A DNA stretch of 64,000 bases, from assembly GCF_009914755.1 (NCBI RefSeq), contig NC_060935.1, one strand, 5' to 3'. Shown one piece after another: positions 1 through 15,250 of the stretch. The notes below the pieces were generated by a model. That model saw only the letters and a list, made by a program, of their open reading frames with translations. It was not told where the DNA came from and did not search any database. Each line of letters opens with the position of its first letter. Positions within the stretch are counted from its first letter, which is position 1. The DNA is from the human T2T-CHM13v2.0 reference genome, Homo sapiens. Both the position numbers and the translations under genes were made by a program.

Positions 1-430
1 ATGTTCTTAAAGTATCATACCTTTAAATGATAGGGCTGGGATATGACTTAGTGACTTAGGTATGTCAATGGTAAAAGGTGGAGTTCAGCTCCAATCTCAG
101 GTTTACCTCTCTCCAAATCCCCCATAAATTTATTGTTGCCTCACCGTGGCAGCCTGCAGTAGTCTCCAGTTGGGTTGCAGCCTGCTGTGTCTTTGGTTTC
201 GCCTCTGAAGAGCTAAGGCTGGAGGTCAGGTCAGTGCCCAACTCCAAGGCACTATGAGGCTGATTTATGAGGGATGGAAAATTAGACCTGTGGCTCCAGG
301 GGAGAAGCCTGAGGAGATTCCCAGAGGGTAGTCATTCCAAAGGGCACTCAAAAGGAGGAAACAAGGAGAAACCCAGAAGAACCCATCTGTCCCTCAGAGA
401 GGACCCCAGGAGAGGGCTGGGTGGAGGTGA

Positions 431-753
<323 letters not shown>

Positions 754-1075
754 CTGTACTAACATTTTTTTCTCTATGGCTCTTGGCATTTTTCACAGAG
801 CAATCACTTCTGCTAAGGGATTTCCCCTCTTTTACAGATGAGCCATTAGAGGCTCAGGAAGAGCAAGTGAGGTTTCAGAACAAGTCCCATCCCAGGGGCA
901 TAAACAGGCATAATCTGTATATCACTGACTAGGATGACCTGGGGCTAAGCTGAGGGAAGGGGCTCTTGCAATTTGAAGGTTAAATGGACACTTAGGGGGT
1001 ACCCAAAGTCAGGAAAGAGCTCTGGGGTGACAATAGGAGAGCCCAGTGGTCAAGACATGGATCTGATTTAGGGTC

Positions 1076-1101
1076 TGTGTGTGTGTGTGTGTGTGTATGT
1101 G
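1076..1101. repeat. (TG)n microsatellite
   Basis: tgtgtgtgtg run seen directly. Confidence 0.9.
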
Positions 1102-1519
1102 CATGCAAGCTGCGGTTGGTGAGGAATTTACTTCTGGGTGGTTCAGAAATTAGGGCAGAGAGTGCAGTGTGTACTCAGCTGTGAAAAACTGGGAACCACA
1201 GAGGCAGGGGCTGGCTCCTCCAGGGAGGCATCCAGTTTGTCCTCTGGAATTTGGAAATAGGACTAAAAAAGCTCCTCTTTTTCTCTTTTTTTATACCTTC
1301 TTTGGATCTTCTTTTTGTGATTTCATTTACTCTCCTTTGTTGGTTTATTAGTTGTTCCTCTTTGTTGTCTTATTTCCTCTTGGTTGCTTTAGGGTTTATA
1401 GTACATATCTTTAACTTACCACAGTCTATCTACAAGTACTATTAAGTCTTTCACAAATAGTGTGAGATTTTTACAACACAACGTAGCTCTTGTGTCCATT
1501 TTGCTTTCTCATTTTTATA

Positions 1520-1700
1520 CAGTTACTCATTCCTTTATTTTTTTCTTCACATCTTTACTGAGCACTTACTTTGTGCTAGGCCATATGCTGGATGCATGGA
1601 TACAACAATAAGTAACATTTGTGTTCCCTGAGTGAGTCTGCATTCTACTGAGTAGGCTAGTAATGACAATCAATGGTCAAAATACAGCATGTAACAGTAT
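1520..1700. mobile_element. L2 3'-end relic
   Basis: tttactgagcacttactttgtgctaggcc...gatacaacaataagt resembles the L2 3' terminus; heavily diverged. Confidence 0.55.
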
Positions 1701-2238
1701 ATTCAACAAATGCATCCCAAAATACTATCTGCTTTTAACATCTACCAAGTCCAGGAAGGACCAATGCCAGGTCAGTTGAGGTCATGTCTACTCTTGAGCT
1801 ATTCTCCATTCCTGTGACTTGGTGAGGTGAAAAGCCATCAGTTATAAACTAGGGAGAGAAAGAAAAGATAGGGAAAAGATTAAGGGACAAATCTGACTAA
1901 CTCCCATTTCCCACCCTGGGCGTCCAATTTGAAGGAGGCACAGGTGGTGGGGGTGGTGTTGGGGCAACCTCTAATTTCAATGTTTGGGGCTTTTATAGTT
2001 AGGTGGGTGTGGCTATTTGAATGGTTAATATGAGGTGGTCTTTGAAATTAAAAGTGACCCAAGGACTTTTTAATATTTTTTAAGGAATTAACAAAGTCAT
2101 ATTAGAAACTTCTTGAGATTTTGTCCAAGGAGCAGCACAGATCATACCTGAATGGAGAACAGGCAGAAAAAGTAAGCTGTTCTGGTGCTCCTTTTGGAGC
2201 ATCGCTTTTCCAAAGCAATGGTGTAAGAAGAGCTACAG

Positions 2239-2478
2239 GGCCAGGCACAGTGACTCTCGTCTGTAATTCTAGCACTTTGGTAATCTGAGGTGGTAGGATT
2301 GCTTGAGATCCAGGAGTTTGAAAGTAACCTGGACAATATAATGGGACACTGTCTCTATAGAAAATAATAAAGAAAATTAGCTGGGTGTCGTGGTGCACAC
2401 TTACAGTCCCAGCTTCTCAGGAAGCTGAGGTGGGAGGATTGCTTGAGCCCAGGAGATTGTGGCTGCAGTGAGCCATGA
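2239..2478 (+). mobile_element. Alu SINE (AluJ-like), 3'-truncated
   Basis: ggccaggcacagtgactc...gaggtgggaggattgcttgagcccaggag (AluJ-type right arm); no poly-A tail. Confidence 0.9.
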
Positions 2479-3989
2479 ACAAGAGATTCAGGAGCATGGT
2501 GGATGAAGATCTGACTGTGCCTGGTGTAGGTTGGGAGAGGAATGAGAGAATGATGTATTAGGGAAAATCAAGCCCAGTAATGCTTTACTGAGTTCAAGTA
2601 TGTTAGGTTCTTCCAGTTTTAGCAAGTGCATAAAAATGGAACTGATATGTAGATATCTAGAGATATTTGAAAGGAACCAACTTCAAGTTGAACAATCTGT
2701 AATCGACATTAGCCTTTTTCCCTTTCCTTTTTTCAGTCTTCAGATTTTTCCAAAGATTTCTTATGAATGTACTGCAGAGAAATCCCAAACCCATGTTCAA
2801 ATTCTTCCAGTAAGTGTAAGTACTTTGTCTAGGCAAGAGATTTGAATTTTACTGGCATTGCCAGATGCTCTCTTATAATCTCTTACCATGATAGGGAAGG
2901 GGCTTTAGTTCTTTCAGACATCCTTGTTATGCCTTTTCTGGTTTTAAGCTATTTTCTCATGATATGGGGATACAAATAAAGTGGGAGATGAGCAATTTCT
3001 TTGTTCTTTCTTAATATTACTCACCTGCCCAAGATCTAGAGAGCCCTTCTGTTTTCTTTCCCCTTTCCTTCATTCCAATAACTTATTGAAAACCCCATTC
3101 TGGCCCACTCAGACTGCAGCCCTCCCCACAGCCCTTCTGAGGCTGTCTTGGAGGTGCAAGGTCAGAGTATGAAGTGGGGACCCTGTACCCAAAGCTTAGG
3201 CAGACACCCTAGTCTAGGGCTTGGGCTTTCACAGGCAAGTATAGAGTCAAAAAGAAATGAGAAACGGCCTAGATCTCAACAAATGTTTGGTGGTGGACAA
3301 TCACAGGGATAAAAAGCCTTTGTTCTTCCCTGGTCCCCACCTGGGATCATAAGATCAGAGAACCAAGAACTCAGAGACTCAAGAATGAGAGAATCTAAGA
3401 ATCATTTAGAAGAAAACTTTACAAAGCAAACCTGCCAGCATTGGATATGGGAAGGAAACGAGAGGAGAAGGCAAAGATTCCTTCTCCCCACCTATAATGC
3501 CATACAAAGCACTTTTCTAGTTTTAAGCTGCTATGTGAAGTAGCTTACTGTGTATGATTACTAAGAGAATTTACAGGTACTGAAAACATTTTGGGGAGCC
3601 TTCAAACCCTGTGCCCACCTTTGCCCCTACATTACTAAGGTGAAAGCCTCCCCCAAGCCTTCTGCTTGACCAAGCATTAACTTCATTACTCACCAGGACT
3701 TACACAGACTGAGAGTAGTAGGACCAGTCTGCTCCAGGCCTGGGTTTCTTGAATGCAGTTAAATCCATCCCATTCCTCCCTGTGGGAAGTTGCCAGAGCT
3801 TTCTCCCAGGCTCTGGCTTAGCTCAGCAGGGTCCCAGGGGTAGCCAGAATGTGAACACATCCCCTCAGGCCCTTGTGGGCTGGAGGAACAGCATGAGCAG
3901 GAGCAGGGCCTTGAGATGGGCATATTAGGGGGCCAGTGATGAGGGGTCCTGTTTGGGGGAATAGAAAGATTTTTATCTAGCATTTCTCT

Positions 3990-4210
3990 GTAATTCTTTG
4001 CTCCTTCACCCTACATTCTTCTGGGTGACTTCACTCTCTTCATGGCTCCCATCTTTACCTGGGCACCTGTGACTCACATGTTTCTACCTACAGGCCAGAT
4101 GTTGCCCCTGCATCTCAGAGCCATGTATCCAATAGCCTGTCAGTCAGGGGAACCTCATGCCTCAGGGGAACCTCAAACATACATGCCCCAAGCTGAATTC
4201 ATGTCTTCAC
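3990..4210 (+). mobile_element. L2 fragment
   Basis: gggtgacttcactctcttcatggctcc...cctcaaacatacatgccccaagctgaattcatgtcttc matches the L2 ORF2 3' region by eye. Confidence 0.6.
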
Positions 4211-4254
4211 AATGGCATGTTTTCTCCCTGTTTTCTTTTTTTCGAAGTAGTGTT

Positions 4255-5600
4255 TATTTTTATTTTTTAAATAACAGCTTTATTGAGATAGAGCCCATGT
4301 ACCATAAAATTTACCCTTTTAAAGTGCTTTTTAGTATACTCACATGGTTTTACAACCTTCACCATTACCTTATTTTAGAACATTTTCATCACCCCCAAAA
4401 GAAACTGTAACCCATTAGCAGTCATTCCTCAGCCTCCCCTTCTCCAAAACCTCAGAAACCACCAATTCACTTTCTGTCTCCACAGGTTTGCTTATTCTGG
4501 ACATTCATATAAACAGAATCGTACAACAGAAAGGAATCATTTAGCATGATGTTTTCAAGGTCCATTCATGTAACATGTATCAGTATTTTATTCCTTGTCA
4601 CAGATGAATAATATTCTATCATATGGATATACCACATACTATTTATCCATTCATCATTTGATGGACATTTGGGTTGTTTCCACTTTTTTACTGTTATGAA
4701 TAATGCTGCCATGAACATTCATATACAAGTTTTTATGTGGACATGTTTTCTTTCTCTAAAAATTTTTAAATCTATGTTTTAAATCGACAAGTAAAAGATG
4801 TATATATTTATGGATATATGTTTTCAATTATTTGGGTATATACCTAGGAGTGACATTTCTAGGTCACATGGTAACTCTATGTTTAACATTCTGAAAAACT
4901 GCCAAACTGTTTTCCAACGTGGCTGCAGCATTTTATATACCCACCAGAAGCGTATGAGAGTTCTCATTTCTGCACATCCTTACCAACATTTGTTATTGTC
5001 TCTTTTTAATTTTAGCCATCGTGGTGAAGTGATATCTCATTATAATTTTAATTTGCATTTCTCTGATGGCTACCGATGTTGAGCATCCTTTCATATGCTT
5101 TCTGGCCATTTAGCTTCTTTAGAGAAACTATTCAAATCCTTTGGCCATTTTTCAATTGGGTTATTTGTCCTTTTATTGTTAAGGTGTAAGTGTTGTTATA
5201 TTTTCTGGATAGTAGACCCTTATTGGATATAGGATTTGCAAATGTTTTATGCCATTCTGTGCATTATCTTTTCATTTTCTTGCTGGTGTCCTTTGCAGTA
5301 CTAAAATTTTTACTTTTGATGAAGTCCAGTTTATCTATTTTTTTCTTTTTCTTTTGTGCTTTTGCTGTCACATATAAAAAACTATTGGCTAATTTGAGGT
5401 CACAAAAATTTACTTCCATGTTTTCTTCTAAAAGTTTTATAGTTTTAGCTCTTACGTCTACAACCTATTTTGAGTTAGTTTTTGTATATGATGTGAGGAA
5501 GGGGTCCAGCTTTATTCTTCTGCGTGTGGATATACAGTTGTCCAGCGTCCGTTTGTTGAACAGGCTATTCTTTCCCCATCAAGCTGTTTTGGTACCCTCA
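4255..5600 (-). mobile_element. Old L1 (L1MB-like) 3' UTR and ORF2 end
   Basis: acagctttattgagata...gatggacatttgggttgtttccac...ctgccaaactgttttcca...ttttaatttgcatttctctgatg are L1M 3' motifs in reverse orientation. Confidence 0.9.
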
Positions 5601-6874
5601 TCATTCCCTGTATTCTTTACCTTAGTGATCTTCTATGCTTTATCTTAGGGATGCTGTTACTATCTCTTAGTGGGGAAATCTGCATTCTGCAGAGAGTTAT
5701 CTCCTCCCTTTGCTAGGTCTTTTCTAGGCTAAACTAGAAAGTTTGCTTATATGGTCCTGGAGATGGAGGGATGAGATGCTTGATTTCTCATGCCTTCTGT
5801 CCTGTCTGGCCAATATTTCTGTGGATGCCTTTTTCTCTCCAACCTCACTGTTACTGCCCTGTTCTGGGTCACATCTTTTCTAGCCTGGCTGGCTTAGTGC
5901 CTCTTAGTCCATCTGTTCCCTCTCCTCTCCTCATTCCCAACCCAAACTCAGCTCAAACTGAGAGAAGACCTATTGAACATTACTTTTCAAAGTATCTGCT
6001 AACTAGTTGGATGAAACATGGTATTTTATTACATATCTAAAACTGGTTATAATTAATGTTGGCCATTGTTACCATATGTGTCTGGTGGGTCCTTTTTCTT
6101 TCTTTTTAAAAATTAGCAGACTGCTTATCTTTTATCTACTTATTAGAAGGCAGCATTGTATATTCTGGCTTAAATCTCCTCTTTGGAATTCTGCTGATTC
6201 CAAAATAAAGGCCGACTACTTAGCAGAGAATAGACAGTCCTCTTAGCTCTGGTTTATGCCTGGCTCTCTAGCATCATTTCCTATATATTAGCAGGCAAGA
6301 TAGAGATGGAAAGGGAGTGGGAGGGGGCCTGGGCCAGACATGCTAATTTCAGAGAGTGGCTCGGGTCCTGGAAAGGAAGGTGGAATACTTGGGGGTCTTG
6401 GATTCAGTAACCACACATAGTGAAGAAGGGAGTCTCAGTGGGTCCTGAGTCCTGTGTGTGGGGCCTATATCATGAGGCTGTGGAGGGGAGGGCTGCTTCC
6501 ATGGTACTTAGGGCTTGGTCAAGGCACAGTGGATGTGGAACCCGGCTTGTAGGACCTCACAGGAAAACCCAAGACTGACTGGGAGTGACACAGTTCTTGA
6601 CCTGCTTCAGGGTGGGCCACGGGCTTCCCAGTCTGCACTTAGTGGACACAGCTGGACAAGGTGAAGCAGTGGGTATAGAGAGAGGCTGACTGCATCAGCG
6701 TCCCAGGACCCTCTGCCACATCAGCTTTCTTTAGGAGCCCTAGAAGAGCCCACCCTTTCTGATCTCCAAAAATGTGCTTTATATTCCACTTCCTTAAATC
6801 TTCATGTTACTAGTCAGAGAAGTTTTAACTTCTATTTATTTATTTTTATTGCGGTAAAAAATAACATGAGATTG

Positions 6875-7273
<399 letters not shown>

Positions 7274-7539
7274 CTAGAACCTTTTCATCTTGCATAACTA
7301 AAACTTTATACCCAACTGAAAAGCAACTCCCCATTTTCCCCTCTCCCTAGTCCCTGGCAACTACCATTCTACCATCTGTTTCTATGAGTCTGACTAAAAG
7401 ATACTTCATGTAAGTGGAATCATGCAGCATTTATTTTTCTGTGACTGGCTTATTTCACTCAGCATAGTGTCCTCAAGTGTCATCTATGTTGTAGCATATG
7501 ACAGGATTTTCTTTTTTAATGACTGAATATTCTATTTCT

Positions 7540-7842
7540 ATTTCTTTTTCTTTTTTTGGGGGACGGAGTCTTGCTCTATCACCCAGGCTGGAGTGCACTG
7601 GTGCGATCTTGGCTTACTGCAACCTCCACCTCACAGGTTCAAGAGATTCTCTTGTGCTTCAGCCTCCCGAGTAGCTGGGACTATAGGTGTGTGCACCATG
7701 TCTGGCTAATTTCTGTATTTTTAGTAGAGACAGGGTTTTACCATTTTGGGCTGGCTGGTCTTGAACTCTTGACTTCAGGTGATCCACCCACCTCGGCTTC
7801 CCAAAGTGTTGGGATTATAGGTGTGAGCTACTGTACCTGGCC
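7540..7842 (-). mobile_element. Alu SINE (AluS-like)
   Basis: Alu reverse complement flanked by TSD tgaatattcta (~7524 and ~7843). Confidence 0.93.
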
Positions 7843-7858
7843 TGAATATTCTACTTCT

Positions 7859-9708
7859 TGATAGAAAAAAACAGACTCTGTAAAATATTTGAAGAGGGTT
7901 ATCCTGAGAACATGTGCCCAAGGTGGTTGGGTTGAGCTTGGTTTTATACATTTTAGGGAGACAGATGTTATTGGTGGGGGGAGCAGTTGTGTGGGGGTTG
8001 CCAGGTCATAGGCGGATTCAAAGATTTCCTGATTGGCAATTGTTTGAAAAGGTTAAGCTTTGCCTAAAGAGTTGAAGTCAGCAGAAAGAAATGCTTGAAT
8101 TAAGGGGGGTTGCGGAAGCCAAGGTTCTTGTTATGTAGATAAAGCTTCTAAGTAACAGGCCTCAGAGAGGATAGATGGAGCTTCTGCACAGCAAAAGAAA
8201 CTACCATCAGAGTGAACAGGCAATCTACAAAATGGGAGAAAATTTTTGCAACCTACTCATCTGACAAAGGGCTAATATCCAGAGTCTACAATGAACTCAA
8301 ACAAATTTACAAGAAAAAAACAACCCCATCAAAAAGTGGGCAAAGGATATGAACAGACACTTCTCAAAAGAAGACATTTATGCAGCCAAAAGACACATGA
8401 AAAAATGCTCATCATCACTGGCCATCAGAGAAATGCAAATCAAAACCACAATGAGATACCATCTCACACCAGTTAGAATGGCAATCATTAAAAAGTCAGG
8501 AAACAACAGATGCTGGAGAGGATGTGTAGAAATAGGAACACTTTTACACTGTTGGTGGGACTGTAAACTAGTTCAACCATTGTGGAAGTCAGTGTGGTGA
8601 TTCCTCAGGGATCTAGAACTAAAAATGCCATTTGACCCAGCCATCCCATTACTGGGTATATACCCAAAGGACTATAAATCATGCTGCTATAAAGACACAT
8701 GCACACGTATGTTTATTGCGGCACTATTCACAATAGCAAAGACTTGGAACCAATCCAAATGTCCAATAATGATAGACTGGATGAAGAAAATGTGGCACAT
8801 ATACACCATGGAATACTATGCAGCCATAAAAAATGATGAGTTCATCTCCTTTGTAGGGACATGGATGAAATTGGAAATCATCATTCTCAGTAAACTATCG
8901 CAAGGACAAAAAACCAAACACCACATGTTCTCACTCGTAGAAGGGAATTGAACAATGAGAACACATGGACACAGGAAGGGGGCCATCACACTCTGGGGAC
9001 TGTTGTGGGGTGGGGGGAGGGGGGAGGGATAGCATTAGGAGATATACCTAATGCTAAATGACGAGTTAATGGGTGCAGCACACCAGCATGGCACATGTAT
9101 ACATATGTAACTAACCTGCACATTGTGCACATGTACCCTAAAACTTAAAGTTTAATAATAATAAAAAAAGAAAAATAAAAAAATCAAAGAAAATCTAAAA
9201 AAAAACCAAAAAAAACCCAAAAAACAAAAAAACAAACAAAATACATCTCTTATTGGCCTTTAAAAGGTGTCAGGCTCTCTGGAAAATACCTAGTAAAGGG
9301 AAGAGATGACTCTCTACAGAACGGAGATTTCCCCACTAAGAGACAGCTTTGCAAGGTCACTTCAAAATACGTCAAAGGAAATATATTTTGGGGTAAAATA
9401 CTTTGATTTCCTTCAGGGCCTACCATCTGTCAAGTGATGCTATACCAGAGTCTGGAGTTGGATCTACAAAGAGTAGAGTCTATTTGCTACAAAGAGTCTA
9501 TTTTTTCAGTCTTATGATCTCTATTTTAATGTGAATGCTGGTCAGTTGTACCTAAACTCTAAAGGGAGAAGGGTATAACCAGGCATGTCTGATCCCCACT
9601 TCTCATCATGGCCTGAACTAGCTTTTCAGGTTTCTTTGGGATCCCCTTGGTCAAGAGAGGGCTCCATTCAGTGAGTTGGGGGCTTAGATTTTTATTTTTG
9701 GGTTTACA
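7859..9708 (-). mobile_element. ERV1 solo LTR (MER4-group), interrupted by an L1
   Basis: TG...CA termini; minus strand begins tgtaaacccaaaaataaaaatctaagcccccaactcactgaatgga, typical of MER4 LTRs; internal cctgagaacatgtgcccaaggtgg. Confidence 0.8.
8178..9241 (+). mobile_element. 5'-truncated L1PA (~1.06 kb; ORF2 C-terminus, 3' UTR, A-rich tail)
   Basis: ORFs 8349..8600 and 8625..8951 encode the L1 ORF2p C-terminus ([31 protein letters not shown]); G-rich 3' UTR; long degenerate A tail 9160-9241. Confidence 0.97.
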
Positions 9709-9954
9709 CATTGCACATACATCATATTTTCTTTATCTGTTCATTTATTCATGGACATTTAGGTTCTTTCCACCTCTTGCTATTGTGAATAATGCTGCAA
9801 TAAACATGAGAGTGCAGATATCTCTCTAATATCTTGATTTCAATTCTTTTGGGTAAATACCCAGATTTACCCAACATCCCAGGACTGTTGGATGATATGG
9901 TAGCTCTATATTAAATTTGAGGCTTCGTAACTTTTAATGTTTCCTGCTGTGCCA

Positions 9955-10422
9955 TGTATTTTTCCTTTGTCCCTCCAGATCTACTTGCTATCTTTTCCAT
10001 TCTGCTGTCTGCCTGTTTCAGGAAGACTGCATCAGCACATTACCTTGCCTGCTGGCTTTCAGTGGCTTCAGCCAAATTTCACTCCCCACTAGAGTAGGAG
10101 GTTGGGAGAACACTGAGGTCAGGGAGTTGGTTCCCCTGGCTCCCTCTCTGCCAGGTCACAGATTCCTTGCTGAAGATCACATCCCTGGTTGGGTGACGTT
10201 TTTCTATCACTACTTTTTGGGTTTCTGTGTCTACTCTCTCCATTTGACCCTCAGATCATGGGGTGGTCCTGGCTCTTTGCTGTGCAAATTCCAGGGTGCT
10301 GCCCTGTCCCTCATTGGCTTACTTAATCCCATCTGTGTTTATAAATACTCCCTCATTATACTCTCCCCAATTATCCCCTTTGAGTGTCCCGTCTCTGTCC
10401 TTCTGGGCCCTGACAATCAGAG
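9955..10422 (+). mobile_element. Old ERVL LTR (LTR33/LTR16-like)
   Basis: End tttgagtgtcccgtctctgtccttctgggccctgacaatcaga resembles LTR33 3' termini. Confidence 0.5.
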
Positions 10423-10834
10423 ATGGTGGACATATCCTAAACCCAATGAATGGTTATACCTTTTCTGGCTCAAGTCGCTATTTTCTGTCCATCCTTGGTG
10501 CTTGGTGACACTTCTCCAATCCTTGAAGCAGAGGTCTTCTCTGATCTTATCATAGTGGTCTTTACTTATCAGCAAACATCAGAGGTAAACAATCAGCCTC
10601 ATGGGAAGAGGCAGGTTGTTTCTTCCCAGGGTAGCCTGTGGCCTCTGCTGTTTCAGTTGTGGTAGTTCTTGAAGCCTGTTATCTGAAGTCACCAGCATTT
10701 ACTTTAAATAAAACACAAACTCTCTAGCTTAGCTCCAAGGCCTTTCAAAATGTGACGCCAGACCATCTCTTCAATACTTGTGTCTTTCTCTACATCTGTT
10801 CTACTGTGTTTTACCCAAACTTATCTATTATTCA

Positions 10835-11194
10835 TGTAGCAGGCAGAATAATGACCCACTTCCCCTAAAGATGCCCATGTTCTACTTCCCTGGGAATATG
10901 AAGAAAGCGGAGGTCAGAGTCATGTGCTTGCTGGCACTGAAGATGAAGAAAGATGGGGGAAGAGGACACCAGACAAGGAATCTGGGCAGCCTCTGGAAGC
11001 AGCTAAAGGCAAGGAAACAGGTTCTCCCCTAAGTCCTCCAGAAAGGAATGCAAATCCTGCCGACACCTTGGTTTTAGCCCAGTGAAACTTACTTTGGACT
11101 TTTGACCTTCAGAACTGTATGATAATAAATTTGTGTTGTTTTAAGCTACCAAGCTGGTGATAATTTGTTACAGTAACAACAGGAAACTAATATA
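10835..11194 (+). mobile_element. MaLR solo LTR (MLT1D-like)
   Basis: tgtagcaggcagaataatg...gcagcctctggaagc...aataaatttgtgttgttttaagc...aacaggaaactaata. Confidence 0.85.
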
Positions 11195-11228
11195 TTCCCT
11201 AAATGCTCATCCCATTCTCAATATAAGC

Positions 11229-11570
11229 CAGTGGTTCTCAATCTTGGTTTACATTAGAATCACCTAGGAAGCCTTAAAAAAATACCAGGACCTGGACCCT
11301 GTCTCCAAAGATTCTGATTTCCTTAATGTCTGAACATTAGTGTTTTTAAAAAAGCTACCCAGGAAACTCTAATATAATTGGAAACCATTGATCTAGACCT
11401 TTACTCAATGCTGTCTCCTCTACAGGAAATGATTTTCTTTCTAGCTTGATGATTTCAACTTGGGATGCCCAGTAGAAACTCTAGAGGAGTTTTTAAACAG
11501 CACCATTGTACTGCCAGTACTCCATTCCTAGAAAGTCTGGTTAAATTGGTCTGAAGTGGGGCCAATAATT
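11229..11570. mobile_element. Two hAT-Charlie MER5-like relics
   Basis: cagtggttctcaa...ttagaatcacctagg...agattctgattt...gaaaccattg; second degraded copy at ~11445-11570. Confidence 0.7.
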
Positions 11571-11574
11571 GATT

Positions 11575-12546
<972 letters not shown>

Positions 12547-15109
12547 TGAAGTTTTGGAATAGCAGTTATGCTAGTTTCATAATGAATTCACTCAATTTCC
12601 TAATTAAATATCATGTTCTAGGATAGTTTTTTATAGCACAGGAATTTTTCATCTTTTGAAAGTTTGGGAAGAACTTACTCATAAAACCTGGGTCCAGGTG
12701 TCTTTCAGGTAATAATTATTTATTAATGCTTTTTGATTTCTTTCTTGGTAATTAATCTCAGGTTTTTAATCTTTTCTTAAGTAAATTTGAAAAATTATAT
12801 CCTTCTGGAGATTTGTCTATTTCATAAAGAATTATAAATTTATCAGCATAGACTCCTACAGGGTGATTTGCATTTCAACCAGGCAATTGAATACCTTAAC
12901 CCAAATAATAAATCTGTAATGCTGGTAATATTTTGAGTCATGCTCCACCTAGCTCATCTCAAATCACTCTGTGGTGTAAAAGGCATTTCTTTACAGTATG
13001 TATGAAAATACCATATACACACTCACTAAAATACTCAAGAGACACACACTCCATAAACACACCATCTTCTGGAGAAGTGGTTCTACCACAGACTGAATCC
13101 CATAACAAAAATATTGCTTCTGTCCTCACTGCTCAGACCCCACTCTTGCTAGTCATTTGCCTCACTGACTTATCAAAAACTCAGATGATGAAGGGTTAGG
13201 ATCTCAGAAACATAGGCCATCAGAGGAAGAAGATTTTATTTTTGTCTGCACACAAGGAATTTAAGGAAGAGAGGAACTGCAAATCTGCTGGTAGCTGAAG
13301 GTGGTGGTAGCCACGATCCCTACATGCTCAGCACCAGGGCAGATGGGCTCCTCTTCCCATCCTTTTTGGGGCCTCTAGGACAATGTAGAACATCCAGAAT
13401 CACGAATTCACAGGAACCAAGAACAGCAACATATTCACAGCCATATACAGCAGAGGTCTGTAGAGGGCACCTTGCTCGGCTCCTGCCTGGATATGAGCTC
13501 CCTCAACTTGCATGTCTCTAGAGATGAGTTGCTCACTACTGTGTGTTGAGGCCGTCAGTTTTGTGAGTGGGTGGCTTTACCCAGATGTCTTTCCTTACTG
13601 AGGGCTGAATCTCTCTTCGTGTGGTGTCATCTCCTTGGTTCTAGGTCTGTCCCCAAGAGCTTCTTGGGGTTGTTTTAATAGGAAGGAGCAGAGGAGAATT
13701 AACATATTTTTGAGGGCCTACCATTTCTTGGCCCTGTGAAGTACTTTCACCGCTACAATTTCCCCCTCATTCAGCAGCCCCAACCCCTCTATTATTAGAC
13801 AGGCATTAGAACTGAGCATCAGGCACATGAGGTCATCTTTTACCCTTCCATTTATTTGTTCATTCACCATCGTTTTTGACATTTGTTATGTACCAGGCAG
13901 TCTGCTAGGCACTGAGGCTTAATGGGCTCACTAGATGTGGTTTCTGTGCCCAAGTTACTTAGAGTCCAATGGAGAAGAACTAGAGTGCTGTGGGAGCCCA
14001 GAGGAGGTCTCTAATTCAGCCTCCAGAGACAAGCCAGTCTTTTAAGAGGAGAGGATCTCTAATTTGAGAATCAACATTCAAGTCAGCCAGGGCAAGTGCA
14101 GTACAAAGAGCTCAATGACATCAAGCTGAGAATTGGTGGGGATAGGATTAGAACTCCAAAGCCAAGTGCCCTTTCACTGTCACCTCACCTCAAGGGAGGT
14201 ATCTGGGCTTGGGTAAGTCCCATAAACAAATTATAGAAAGAAACAAGATGGGAGAGTGAAAGTGAGAGGATGAACTCACATTCCTGCTCATTTTTCACTG
14301 TGGATGACTCGGGTTCAAAAAGGAGGGCTAGAGGTTAGGCTTAGGAAAAGATTTTCTCCCGAGAAGACCAGGAGCTGGGGAGGAAGGGACCCTGGTGTGG
14401 ACTGGGGGTAGTGGTGGGATTGTCCAGAGAGAGAGGCTAACCAGCTCGCGGTGTGAGTCACCCTCTTTCCTTGGGCTTTCCCTGCATATCCCCTACTCCT
14501 GCCATCACCTGCCTAGTAAGAGCCTCCACCCTAGTGGCCCTCACTGCTCTCCTGGGCTGACCTCCAGAGCTGATACTCACCCTAGCAACATCAAGCAGGA
14601 ACACAGAGAACCAGTGGGGCTCCCTAAGTGTGGTTAAATGCACCCCTACTTTTCCCCAGGGGAGCACAGGCTCTGCCTCAGCCAATGGGCAATGACCTTG
14701 AGCAAGAGCTGGCTGCCTAACTCAGTCTCCTAGGAAGTGAACAGGACCAGCCTGGAGTCTGGTCTCCTGACAGCCAGGCCAGGCCCTTCCTACTGGTCTG
14801 TGTTGCCTAAGGTATCTGCTCTGGAGCTGAAGATTCAACAAAGACAGAGAATTCACACCTCATACCCTAAACCTGCAGCCCACCCCAGGGGCAGCTCTGC
14901 CCAAAGCAGGATCAGGGAGTGGACTGTGGGATCTCAGTCAATCCAGCAGGTGGGTTCTAAATATCGGAAATGAGGAGCCAAGAGTTCCAAGGAAGTGCAA
15001 CTTTGACTGAGCACTTACTATGTGAGGATTTTTGAAGGATCAGTGGTACTTCTATGATGTTTGTGGGAGAAGGCGGGGAGCTGGAAGAAGGAGAATGAGG
15101 CTTTAAGAG

Positions 15110-15250
15110 AGCCTGTTGAAGTGAGGATGTTATCATCCCATTTTAGAAGTAGGCATCGAGGGTTAGAGAATTTGGGTGACTTGTTCAAGGTCACTCAGCA
15201 TATCTGTGGCAATGCTGGGATGGTCATCTGATCCAAATCTGGCTTTCTCT
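15110..15250 (-). mobile_element. MIR relic
   Basis: tatcatcccattttagaagtagg...gggtgacttgttcaaggtcactcagc MIR core. Confidence 0.7.

Noticed and set aside
4144-4177. Short direct repeat tcaggggaacctca x2 (similar small duplications at ~9464-9502 and ~45899-45932)
   Set aside because: Ordinary slippage duplications within old repeats.
5190-5648. Hydrophobic 152-aa ORF resembling a membrane protein
   Set aside because: Antisense reading of A-rich L1 ORF2 sequence.
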